Shown here: positions 1-8,345 of the stretch, piece by piece
How the letters are laid out: each line of letters starts with the position of its first letter
How positions within the stretch are numbered: the first letter of the stretch is position 1
Origin: Corynebacterium amycolatum
Lineage (GTDB): Bacteria; Actinomycetota; Actinomycetes; Mycobacteriales; Mycobacteriaceae
DNA: 32,000 bases
Direction: 5' to 3' (one strand)
Assembly: GCF_049243625.1 (NCBI RefSeq)
Contig: NZ_CP046975.1
Position numbers and translations under genes: made by a program
The notes under the pieces: generated by a model
Seen by the model: the letters and a program-made list of their open reading frames with translations, nothing else
Databases searched by the model: none
What the model was told of the DNA's origin: nothing

Positions 1-68
1 CAGGATTAATTCTGGGTCAGGCTAGGGTTAGCAGGCGACTGCCGAGCCGAACTAACTAAATAACCACC

Positions 69-140
69 AAACTGCCGGTGTGTATGTGTTGTTGGCTGAT
101 TTCTAAAGCCAATTCCGTATATACCCGGCAGTTTGTTTTG
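69..140 (+). terminator. Nested hairpin followed by a T-rich tail; possible terminator of a gene ending at or before the window edge
   Basis: Perfect 10-bp outer stem AAACTGCCGG (69-78) / CCGGCAGTTT (125-134) encloses an inner TTGGCT/AGCCAA stem and is followed by GTTTTG. A frame-3 reading frame entering from the 5' edge stops at TAA 57-59. Confidence 0.3.
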
Positions 141-366
141 CTGTGGTGGTTGCGCGTGCTTAGAGGGCGTGCGTTGGAACTACCCGAGTTGGAAGCACCC
201 GCGGTGTGTGCACTGAGAGCCCCAACCGTTGCCAGTGTGTGGCACCTGCGCGCTCAGAATTTGAGATACCCGGGTTCACAAGCGGGCTAGGGGCAACGTT
301 GCTAGCGTTGATTGAGAAGTTAATTGCGAATATGCAGTCTGCAACGTCCAAGGAGCTGCGACCCCC

Positions 367-1140
367 ATGACTAATTCCACGACCGACAGTGCTACCAACC
401 TTGCAAAGGCCAAAGAATTCCTCCATAGCGCGGGCGCAATCCTCTTTGACCTCGACGGAGTGATTACCCCTACCGCCGATGTGCACGAGCAGGCGTGGGC
501 GGACATGTTTAGCGACTACTTCGAGCACAAGGGGGTCTCGGCCTACACAGAGGAGGACTATTTCACCTACCTCGATGGTCGCCGCCGCGATGAGGGCATC
601 GCAGCAATCCTGGAATCTCGCGGCATCTCGCTGCCACACGGTAGCGATGAGGACACAGCGAAAGACGAGACGATTGTGGGGCTCGGGAAGCGCAAGAACG
701 ATGACTTCCTGGCGCGAGTCGAGAAAGGAATCGAGGCCTACCCGGGGTCGGTAGCGCTGCTCGACGAGTTACAGGGCGCGGGGGACTCGTCGGCAAGCGA
801 AAAACCGCAGTTGGCGGTGGTCAGCTCGTCGAAGAACGCGGTGCCGGTGCTGACGGCCGCTGGGCTGCGTGAGCGGTTCGTGGAGATTGTTGACGGCGTG
901 GTGGCGCACGAGAACAACCTGCCGGGTAAGCCAGCCGCCGATACTTTCGTGTACGCGGCGGAGAATCTGGGGGTGGCACCGCGCGATGCTGTGGTGGTTG
1001 AGGATGCCATCAGCGGTGTGCAAGCGGGTGCAGCCGGCGCATTTGGTCTGGTCATTGGTGTTGACCGCGGTGCTGGCGCAGAAGCGCTGCGCCGAGCGGG
1101 TGCCGACATTGTGGTCAGTGACTTGGCGGAACTCGTCTAG
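367..1140 (+). CDS. HAD-superfamily hydrolase, beta-phosphoglucomutase family
   Basis: 257-aa ORF. HAD motif I ILFDLDGVITPT, motif II VVSSSKN, C-terminal VVEDAISGVQAGAAAG-type motif. AAGGAG lies upstream of the ATG. Sits directly upstream of a GH65 gene, the classic beta-PGM partner. Confidence 0.8.
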   Translation: MTNSTTDSATNLAKAKEFLHSAGAILFDLDGVITPTADVHEQAWADMFSDYFEHKGVSAYTEEDYFTYLDGRRRDEGIAAILESRGISLPHGSDEDTAKDETIVGLGKRKNDDFLARVEKGIEAYPGSVALLDELQGAGDSSASEKPQLAVVSSSKNAVPVLTAAGLRERFVEIVDGVVAHENNLPGKPAADTFVYAAENLGVAPRDAVVVEDAISGVQAGAAGAFGLVIGVDRGAGAEALRRAGADIVVSDLAELV

Positions 1141-1155
1141 GCTGGCTCGTGACAA

Positions 1156-3771
1156 ATGGCTGAGAGAAAACCGGAAGGCATCATGGCCAACGATTCGACC
1201 ACGGCAGCAGTCGACGAGACCGAGCGTGTGATTCCGCAGGGGCAGGGGCACGACGCGGAGACCGCCGAGGCTGAAAAACAGGAGGAGACGGTGTCCCCAG
1301 TTCGTCGTAAGCAGCGTCGCAACTTCCCGGCGGGTCGTGCGGATAAGCACCACCACCTGGTGAATGCCGAGGGACTCATGGACCGAGACATCACTCCGGT
1401 CGATGAGTGGCGTCTGATTGAGACGAAGCCGAACGGCCTCCCGCTCGGTTTGGGCGAGACGCTGTTTGCGCTGTCGAACGGGTACATCGGCATGCGTGGC
1501 AATCCGCCGGAGGGTCGTGACTCCAGTGAACACGGCACTTATATCAACGGTCTGCATGAGACATGGCCGATTAGGCACGCCGAGGACGCCTACGGTCTAG
1601 CCCGCCAGGGGCAGACGATTGTCAACGCTCCGGACGCCAAGGCAATGCGTCTCTACATTGACGATGAGCCCCTGCGTCTCGGCAATGCTGAGGTCAGCGA
1701 CTACGAACGTAGCCTGGATTTCCGTGAGGGGGTGCTGCGTCGTCGGTTCATTTGGCGCACCCCGGGTGGCAAGCACGTTCGCGTCACCTCTGAGCGCATG
1801 GTGTCTTTCCAGGAAAAGCATGTCGCCGCGATGAGTCTGGAAGTCGAGCTGCTGGATGCGGATGCTGCGGTGATGATCAACTCGCAGATCCTCAACCGCC
1901 AGGACGGCGAGGACGAGTACCACGATGCCGCCAAGGCGCAGGGCACCGAACTGGATCCCCGTCGCGCCGAGGCGCTGGAAGACCGCGTGCTCATTCCAGC
2001 ATTTCAGTCGGAATCGGCGCACGGGCAGCGCTCGACGCTGGGCTACCGCTGCGCAAACTCCGGTATGACCGTGGCCACTTCCATGGACCACACCTTTACT
2101 GTCCGCACTCCCGACGGCACGGAGCCGTTCGTAGAGGTTTCGCAGTCGACCGAGCCGGATGTGGCCAGCTCCCTGTTCAACCTGGATGCGCCGGTCGGCA
2201 CTGTCATCCGCCTGGAGAAGCTGGTCGCGTACCACTCATCCCGCAAGGTGCGTGCCGAAGAGCTGGCATTCCGCTGTGAGCGCACCCTGAACCGCGTCGG
2301 ACGCATCGGCATGCTGAGGCTGATGGAGAACCAGGAGGAGTGGCTCGAACGCTTCTGGGAGCGCTCTGACGTGGTTATTTACAATCAGCCGGAGATTCAG
2401 CAGGCAGTGCGCTGGAACATTTGGCAGATTATCCAGGCCGCCGCCCGCGCCGAATTCCAAGGTGTGCCGGCCAAGGGAATGACCGGCACCGGCTACGGAG
2501 GCCACTACTTCTGGGACACGGAAATCTACGTGACCCCATTCCTTACTTATACGTCGCCGCAATTCTCACGCAATGCCATGCGCTTCCGCTGGGACATGCT
2601 CGAAGCCGCGTGGGCGCGTGCCGACGAACTGGCGCACGACGGTGCCCTCTTCCCGTGGCGCACTATCAATGGTCAGGAGTCCTCAGCCTACTTTGAGGCC
2701 GGCACGGCGCAATACCACATCGATGCGGACATCGTGTACGCAATGATGAAGTACGTCTATGCCTCCGGCGATGAGGAGTTCCTGCTCAAGGAGGGCACGG
2801 ACTTGCTGCTCGGCACAGCCAGATTTTGGATGTCGCTGGGATTCTTCGATGCCGAGCATCGCGAATTCCAGATTCACAGCGTCACCGGCCCAGATGAGTA
2901 CAACACGGTGGTGAACAACAACCTGTACACCAACGTGATGGCGCAGTATAACCTGCGGGTTGCGGCGGACGTCGTCAAGCAGATGAAGCGCGATCGCCCC
3001 GCCGCCTACCGCGAACTGACCAACCGCTTCGATCTCACCGAGCGAGAGGTTGAAGAGTGGGAGCAGGCCGCTGAGGCGATGTACATCCCGTTCGATGAGA
3101 AGCTCGGCATTCACCCTCAGGATGACCAGTTCCTGCTGCGCAAACGCTGGAATCTCGACGACCCCGAGGTTGGCCCGCTGCGCCCGCTGCTGCTGCATTA
3201 CCACCCGCTGACGATTTACCGTCACCAAGTCATTAAGCAGGCGGACGTCGTCCTTGCGCTTTTCCTCATGGGAAATCGCTTTACGACGGAACAAAAGCGC
3301 GCAGACTACATGTATTACGATCCGCTCACCACTGGTGATTCCTCGCTGTCCGCTGTTGTGCAGTCCATTGTTGCGGCCGAGTTGGGCTTGCAGGAGCAGG
3401 CAATGGACTTCTTCCTACGCGGACTCTATGTGGACCTGGCGAACCTGCATGGCAACGCTGCCGATGGTGTCCACGTCGCATCTGCCGGTGGAGTATGGCA
3501 GTCCCTGGTCTATGGCTTCGGTGGTTTCCGTGACCACGATGGCCGCTACAGTATCGATCCGCGTCTGCCTGAAGACTGGAGTGGTCTGACGTACCGAGTC
3601 ACTATTCATGGTTGTCGTATCCGGGTGACGGTGCGTGGCCGCACGGTGGAAGTCGCCCTGGAGGAGGGCGACCACCAGGTTGGACCGATTATGGTCGCGA
3701 GCCATGAGGTGATCATTGGTCCGGAGCCGTTGACCGTGGTGATGGCGAACTCGGATCAGAGCGAGGATTAG
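1156..3771 (+). CDS. Glycoside hydrolase family 65 enzyme, probably an alpha-glucoside phosphorylase
   Basis: 871-aa ORF. GYGGHYFWDTEIY holds the GH65 catalytic-acid context, and DPLTTGDSSLS resembles the phosphate-binding loop of GH65 phosphorylases. Start is uncertain: ATG 1156 has no SD, ATG 1183 is preceded by GGAAGG, and ATG 1378 would remove a ~75-aa charged N-terminal extension. Confidence 0.85.
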   Translation: MAERKPEGIMANDSTTAAVDETERVIPQGQGHDAETAEAEKQEETVSPVRRKQRRNFPAGRADKHHHLVNAEGLMDRDITPVDEWRLIETKPNGLPLGLGETLFALSNGYIGMRGNPPEGRDSSEHGTYINGLHETWPIRHAEDAYGLARQGQTIVNAPDAKAMRLYIDDEPLRLGNAEVSDYERSLDFREGVLRRRFIWRTPGGKHVRVTSERMVSFQEKHVAAMSLEVELLDADAAVMINSQILNRQDGEDEYHDAAKAQGTELDPRRAEALEDRVLIPAFQSESAHGQRSTLGYRCANSGMTVATSMDHTFTVRTPDGTEPFVEVSQSTEPDVASSLFNLDAPVGTVIRLEKLVAYHSSRKVRAEELAFRCERTLNRVGRIGMLRLMENQEEWLERFWERSDVVIYNQPEIQQAVRWNIWQIIQAAARAEFQGVPAKGMTGTGYGGHYFWDTEIYVTPFLTYTSPQFSRNAMRFRWDMLEAAWARADELAHDGALFPWRTINGQESSAYFEAGTAQYHIDADIVYAMMKYVYASGDEEFLLKEGTDLLLGTARFWMSLGFFDAEHREFQIHSVTGPDEYNTVVNNNLYTNVMAQYNLRVAADVVKQMKRDRPAAYRELTNRFDLTEREVEEWEQAAEAMYIPFDEKLGIHPQDDQFLLRKRWNLDDPEVGPLRPLLLHYHPLTIYRHQVIKQADVVLALFLMGNRFTTEQKRADYMYYDPLTTGDSSLSAVVQSIVAAELGLQEQAMDFFLRGLYVDLANLHGNAADGVHVASAGGVWQSLVYGFGGFRDHDGRYSIDPRLPEDWSGLTYRVTIHGCRIRVTVRGRTVEVALEEGDHQVGPIMVASHEVIIGPEPLTVVMANSDQSED

Positions 3772-3900
3772 TCGGACGGCTTCGGCTGTGCACGGTGCCA
3801 ATGGGGGGGGGGATTGCCTGTTGGGGGTGGCTGTTTGGGTTCTTTGGGGAATTCGGCAGGGGTAAAAATAAAGAATTTCGCAACATAATTATTGAGTATT

Positions 3901-3940
3901 AAAACCGTCCACCTGAGAAAAGTGGGCGGTTTTTTATTTT
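3901..3940. terminator. Rho-independent terminator, potentially bidirectional
   Basis: AAAA + stem CCGTCCAC (3905-3912) / GTGGGCGG (3922-3929, one G-U pair), 9-nt loop CTGAGAAAA, then TTTTTTATTTT. Confidence 0.6.
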
Positions 3941-4145
3941 CGTGCTATTTATGTTGCGTTATTAGCTGGTTTGGGCGGGTGAAAAATCGGCAAAAGTCGG
4001 GGTAGGGGCGTTTTTATGGTGGGGAAGGGGTTTTATACAGCGACGACATCAGAAGTGGCTAAAATGCGATAACCTGAGAAAAGGCGGAGAAAAGCCCTAG
4101 GTAACCTGTGAAAATCCCCACCCAAAAGGGGGAAAAATGTTTACC

Positions 4146-4159
4146 AGGCGCTGTGTGAC
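4146..4159 (+). promoter_or_regulatory. Candidate RipA-type (AraC family) operator in the sdhC promoter region
   Basis: AGGCGCTGTGTGAC fits the RRGCGN4RYGAC consensus as I recall it for C. glutamicum RipA. It lies 30 bp upstream of the sdhC ATG, and sdhCAB is a known RipA target in C. glutamicum. Only one site was found. Confidence 0.3.
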
Positions 4160-4188
4160 TTTAGAGTGAATATGACACTGGAGGTGCC

Positions 4189-4929
4189 ATGACTGTTAAA
4201 AGTTCAAACCGTGACGCAATCGCGCACGGCAAAATTAATGTAGAACCGCTGCGCGAGCAGCCTAAATACCCCTCATGGGCTCTGAAGCTGACCATGGCCG
4301 TCACTGGCGTGCTGTTTGGCCTCTTCGTTATTGTCCACATGCTGGGTAACCTGAAAATTTTCGCTGGCGCGGAAGATTTCAACGCATACGCGACCTTCCT
4401 GCGCACTGTCGGTGCTCCGGCAGTTCCGAACGAGGGCATTCTGTGGATTTTCCGCATTGTCCTGCTGGTAGCTATTGTCCTGCACATTTTCGGTGGCCTC
4501 ACCCTGGCTGCACGTGCTAAGCAGTCCCGCGGCAAGTTCCGCCGTCAGGGCATGGTGTCCAGCTGGAACACCTTTACTGCACGTTCGATGGTGATCACCG
4601 GCATCGTGCTGCTGGCCTTCATCATCTTCCACCTGCTGGACCTGACCATCGGTGCTGGCGTTGCTCCGTCTTCTTTCGAGCACGGTGAGGCGTACCAGAA
4701 CGTGATTGCGTCCTTCTCGCGTCCGGGTGTTGTTGTTTGGTACATCATTGCGCAGCTCGCTCTGCTGCTGCACCTGTCCCACGGTCTGTGGACTGCTACT
4801 TCCGACCTCGGTATCACCGGTAAGCGCTGGCGCAAGGTTCTGCTGTTCCTGTCCGGCCTGCTGCCGCTGCTGGTTGTTGTCGGCAACATCTTCATCCCAG
4901 TCGCCGTCCTGACCGGTCTGGTCTCGTAG
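4189..4929 (+). CDS. sdhC: Succinate dehydrogenase cytochrome b subunit (single large membrane anchor, di-haem type)
   Basis: 246-aa ORF with about 5 hydrophobic helices and conserved His in helices (VHMLGN, LHIFGG, FHLLD, LHLSHG). GGAGG lies 5 nt upstream. Followed by sdhA and sdhB. Confidence 0.9.
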   Translation: MTVKSSNRDAIAHGKINVEPLREQPKYPSWALKLTMAVTGVLFGLFVIVHMLGNLKIFAGAEDFNAYATFLRTVGAPAVPNEGILWIFRIVLLVAIVLHIFGGLTLAARAKQSRGKFRRQGMVSSWNTFTARSMVITGIVLLAFIIFHLLDLTIGAGVAPSSFEHGEAYQNVIASFSRPGVVVWYIIAQLALLLHLSHGLWTATSDLGITGKRWRKVLLFLSGLLPLLVVVGNIFIPVAVLTGLVS

Positions 4930-4948
4930 GTCGAGGAGGAAATTTACT

Positions 4949-6967
4949 ATGACTAACACTGAAGCAACCGTCGCTGCGGACTTCCGCGCGCCGGAAAGCG
5001 TTGTCGACGGGGTCAAGATCGGCAAGGTTCTGTCCGATAACTCCCCGGGTGACAAGGTCTCCATGAAGGACCACTGGCAGTACCAGAAGGATCACGCCAA
5101 CCTGGTTTCGCCGCTGAACCGTCGTAAGTTCCGCGTCATGGTCGTCGGTACCGGCCTGGCTGGTGGCGCTGCCGCTGCTGCCCTCGGTGAGCTCGGTTAC
5201 GACGTGCAGGTTTTCACCTACCACGACGCTCCGCGCCGTGCGCACTCCATTGCTGCACAGGGTGGTGTCAACTCCGCTCGCGGTAAGAAGGTCGACAACG
5301 ACGGCGCTTACCGCCACGTCAAGGACACCGTTAAGGGCGGCGACTACCGCTGCCGCGAGAACGACTGCTGGCGTCTGGCTGTCGAGTCCGTCCGCGTCAT
5401 CGACCACCTGAATGCAATTGGTGCTCCGTTCGCTCGCGAGTACGGCGGTACCCTGGCAACCCGTTCCTTCGGTGGTGTGCAGGTCTCCCGTACGTACTAC
5501 ACTCGTGGTCAGACGGGTCAGCAGCTGCAGCTGTCGACTACCTCGGCTCTGCAGCGCCAGATTGGTCTCGGCAACGTCGAGATCTTCACCCACAACGAGC
5601 TGGTTGACATCATCGTCGCCGACGGCCGTTGCCAGGGTGCCATCATGCGTAACCTCATCAATGGTGAGCTGACCGTTCACACTGCTCACGCAGTTATTCT
5701 GGCTACCGGCGGTTACGGCAACGTCTACCACATGTCCACGCTGGCCAAGAACTCCAACGCTTCGGCCATCATGCGTGCATACGACCAGGGTGCTTACTTC
5801 GCATCCCCGTCCTTCATCCAGTTCCACCCGACCGGTCTTCCGGTCAACGCGCACTGGCAGTCGAAGACCATTCTGATGTCCGAATCCCTGCGTAACGACG
5901 CACGTATTTGGACCCCGAAGAAGAAGGGCGACGAGCGCCCGGCCAACGACATCCCGGAGGACGAGCGCGACTACTTCCTGGAGCGTCGCTACCCGGCATT
6001 CGGTAACCTCGTCCCGCGTGACGTCGCTTCCCGTGCCAACTCTCAGCAGATTAACGCCGGCTACGGTGTTGGTCCGCTGAAGAACTCCGTCTACCTGGAT
6101 CTGCGTGACGCAATTGAGCGCCTGGGCCAGCCGGTCATCAAGGAACGCTACTCGAACCTGATTCAGATGTACGAAGAGGCAATCGGTGAGGACCCGTACA
6201 AGGTTCCGATGCGCATTGCTCCGACCTGCCACTTCACCATGGGTGGTCTGTGGTCTGACTTCAACCAGATGACCTCCATCCCGGGTCTGTTCACCGGTGG
6301 CGAGGCATCCTGGACCTACCACGGTGCAAACCGCCTGGGTGCAAACTCCCTGCTGTCCGGTTCGGTCGACGGTTGGTTCACCCTGCCGTTCACCATTCCG
6401 AACTACCTTGGCCCGCTGCTCGGTACCGACCGCCTGGCTGAGGATGCCCCGGAGGCCAAGGAAGCACTGGACCGCGCTCAGGCTCGCCTGGACAAGCTGA
6501 TGAGCATCCAGGGTAAGCACGGCGCTGAGTACTTCCACCGCCAGCTCGGTGAGATTCTCTACCGCGACTGTGGTGTGGCCCGTAACAAGGAAGACCTGGC
6601 TCGTGGTATCGAGGAGATCCGCGAACTGCGTAAGGCATTCTGGTCTGACCTGTTCATCCCGGGTGAGCCGAATGAGATGAACCAGCAGCTCGAGTACGCT
6701 AACCGTGTTGCTGACTACATCGACCTCGGTGAGCTCATGTGTGTCGACGCCCTCGACCGCGATGAGTCCTGCGGTGCTCACTACCGCGATGACCACATCT
6801 CCGAAGATGGCGAGGCAGAGCGCGATGACGCTAACTGGTGCTTCGTTTCCGCATGGGAGCGAGGCAACAATGGTCCTGCATGGGATCAGTCCGGTCACGA
6901 ATTCATTCGCCACGCCGAGCCGCTCACCTTCGAAGCCGTCCCGCTCATGACAAGGAACTACAAGTAA
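4949..6967 (+). CDS. sdhA: Succinate dehydrogenase flavoprotein subunit
   Basis: 672-aa ORF. FAD-binding VVGTGLAGGAAAAALGE, covalent-FAD His context RAHSIAAQGG, plus HPTG and HFTMGGLW motifs. GAGGAGG SD upstream. Confidence 0.97.
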   Translation: MTNTEATVAADFRAPESVVDGVKIGKVLSDNSPGDKVSMKDHWQYQKDHANLVSPLNRRKFRVMVVGTGLAGGAAAAALGELGYDVQVFTYHDAPRRAHSIAAQGGVNSARGKKVDNDGAYRHVKDTVKGGDYRCRENDCWRLAVESVRVIDHLNAIGAPFAREYGGTLATRSFGGVQVSRTYYTRGQTGQQLQLSTTSALQRQIGLGNVEIFTHNELVDIIVADGRCQGAIMRNLINGELTVHTAHAVILATGGYGNVYHMSTLAKNSNASAIMRAYDQGAYFASPSFIQFHPTGLPVNAHWQSKTILMSESLRNDARIWTPKKKGDERPANDIPEDERDYFLERRYPAFGNLVPRDVASRANSQQINAGYGVGPLKNSVYLDLRDAIERLGQPVIKERYSNLIQMYEEAIGEDPYKVPMRIAPTCHFTMGGLWSDFNQMTSIPGLFTGGEASWTYHGANRLGANSLLSGSVDGWFTLPFTIPNYLGPLLGTDRLAEDAPEAKEALDRAQARLDKLMSIQGKHGAEYFHRQLGEILYRDCGVARNKEDLARGIEEIRELRKAFWSDLFIPGEPNEMNQQLEYANRVADYIDLGELMCVDALDRDESCGAHYRDDHISEDGEAERDDANWCFVSAWERGNNGPAWDQSGHEFIRHAEPLTFEAVPLMTRNYK

Positions 6968-7716
6968 TGAAACTGCACCTTGAAATCTGGCGCCAAGCAG
7001 GTCCGAACGTCGAGGGACACTTTGAATCCGTTGACGTTGACGACGCCGTCGCAGAGATGTCGATCCTGGAGCTGCTTGACCACGTCAACTCCAAGTACGT
7101 CGAGTCCGGCAAGGAGCCGTTCGCGTTCGCATCTGACTGCCGTGAGGGTATCTGTGGTACCTGTGGTCTGAACGTCAACGGTCGTCCGCACGGCCCGGGC
7201 CAGAACACCCCGACCTGTCAGCAGCGCCTGCACCAGTTCAGCGATGGTGACACCCTGAAGATCGAGCCGATGCGCTCCGCCGCATACCCGGTCATCAAGG
7301 ACATGGTCGTTGACCGCTCCGCTCTGGACCGTGTCCTCGAGCAGGGTGGCTACGTCTCCATCAACGCTGGTACCGCTCCGGATGCAGATACTCTGCACCT
7401 GAACCACGAGACCGCTGAGTTCGCACTTGACCACGCAGCCTGCATCGGCTGTGGTGCTTGTGTCGCAGCTTGCCCGAACGGTGCTGCACACCTGTTCACC
7501 GGCGCAAAGCTGGTTCACCTTTCCCTGGTCCCGCTGGGTAAGGAAGAGCGTGGCAAGCGTGCCCGCAAGATGGTTGACGAGGTCGAAGGCACCTTCGGTC
7601 CGTGCTCCCTCTATGGTGAATGTGCTGACGTCTGCCCGGCAGGTATCCCGCTGACTGCGGTTGCCGCCGTCACCAAGGAACGAGCTCGTTCGTTCTTCCG
7701 CGGTAAGGACGACTAG
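6967..7716 (+). CDS. sdhB: Succinate dehydrogenase iron-sulfur subunit
   Basis: Start set at ATG 6967, overlapping the sdhA stop (TAATG). Three Cys clusters: CREGICGTCG, CIGCGACVAACP, CSLYGECADVCP. The ORF-track start 6838 is an in-frame extension inside sdhA. Confidence 0.95.
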   Translation: MKLHLEIWRQAGPNVEGHFESVDVDDAVAEMSILELLDHVNSKYVESGKEPFAFASDCREGICGTCGLNVNGRPHGPGQNTPTCQQRLHQFSDGDTLKIEPMRSAAYPVIKDMVVDRSALDRVLEQGGYVSINAGTAPDADTLHLNHETAEFALDHAACIGCGACVAACPNGAAHLFTGAKLVHLSLVPLGKEERGKRARKMVDEVEGTFGPCSLYGECADVCPAGIPLTAVAAVTKERARSFFRGKDD

Positions 7717-7756
7717 ACTCTTTCTCGATTAGAGTTTTCCAGAAGGGACATAGATT

Positions 7757-8155
7757 ATGGCGAATGCAGTCAAGCGTTACCAGGGCGAAGAGCACTTCGT
7801 CGACGGTTACGTGCCTCAGAGCATGAATGCCGAATACTCCTCGCTTCACAAGAGCATTACCTGGATTGGCATGGGTCTCATTCTCGCCTCTCTGGCGGCT
7901 TGGGGTACCTTCATTTTCGGTCTCGCAACGACCGTTTTTGCCGACCAGACTGCTGCCTCTCACAGCAATGGTTTCCTGGCTAAGGATGCCGCCAACTACA
8001 CCGACTACACCGGTGGTTGGAACTTCGACGGCAGCGTGTTCATGTGGGCTGGCCTGGTAGTCGCACTGGTTATGGTTATTGCGGGTGTGGCCTGCATCTC
8101 CATCGGTCGTCGTGACTACAAGGCTTACCGAAAGGAATTCGGCACTCACCACTAA
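7757..8155 (+). CDS. Small two-TM membrane protein of unknown function, probably co-transcribed with sdhCAB
   Basis: 132-aa ORF 40 nt after sdhB with AGAAGGGA upstream. Two hydrophobic helices (ITWIGMGLILASLAAWGTFIFGL; VFMWAGLVVALVMVIAGVACISIG). GC3-biased codon usage. Confidence 0.75.
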   Translation: MANAVKRYQGEEHFVDGYVPQSMNAEYSSLHKSITWIGMGLILASLAAWGTFIFGLATTVFADQTAASHSNGFLAKDAANYTDYTGGWNFDGSVFMWAGLVVALVMVIAGVACISIGRRDYKAYRKEFGTHH

Positions 8156-8185
8156 AGGCTTGCCCCAGTTTAAAGGGGCTCGCCT
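8156..8185 (+). terminator. Hairpin immediately after the small membrane-protein gene (no U-tract)
   Basis: AGGCTTGCCCC / GGGGCTCGCCT gives 9 bp with a 2-nt internal mismatch and loop AGTTTAAA. Confidence 0.3.
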
Positions 8186-8236
8186 CTAGGCGGATGCAAC
8201 GCTAGCCTTTTGAACTAGCACCTCCACAGTTGATGC

Positions 8237-8250
8237 CACTGTGCACAGTG
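8237..8250. promoter_or_regulatory. Perfect 14-bp palindrome upstream of the DUF445-like gene
   Basis: CACTGTGCACAGTG is its own reverse complement. A further CACAGT half-site lies at 8225-8230. About 95 bp upstream of ATG 8346. Confidence 0.25.
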
Positions 8251-8345
8251 TGCTGGGGTGAGGAAGTACTGAGAAGTACCTCTCTCACCAACAGCGGACT
8301 GCGGCGCGGTGGCATTTTCGCGTTTTCGGCGCCTAATCTATACAC

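Noticed and set aside
78-290. 70-aa ORF MCMCCWLISK... in the 5' intergenic region
   Set aside because: It has atypical composition, no SD, and spans hairpin and repeat structures. It is more likely noncoding.
255-290. tRNA/tmRNA-like T-arm impression (CCCGGGTTCACAAGCGGG)
   Set aside because: There is no GTTCRANYC T-loop consensus, acceptor stem pairing or anticodon arm. It is not a tRNA.
4154-4169. GlxR/CRP-like site TGTGACTTTAGAGTGA upstream of sdhC
   Set aside because: Only the left half-site matches TGTGA-N6-TCACA. The right half is AGTGA, not TCACA.
4892-6913. 673-aa minus-strand ORF covering nearly all of sdhA
   Set aside because: It is the antisense shadow typical of high-GC genes. 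The translation is low-complexity (V/G/T/L/R-rich) with no recognisable motifs, whereas the plus-strand frame carries unmistakable SdhA motifs.
6838-6966. 43-codon N-terminal extension of the sdhB ORF
   Set aside because: It lies inside sdhA in another frame. ATG 6967 gives the canonical MKLHLEIWRQ start and a TAATG stop/start overlap.
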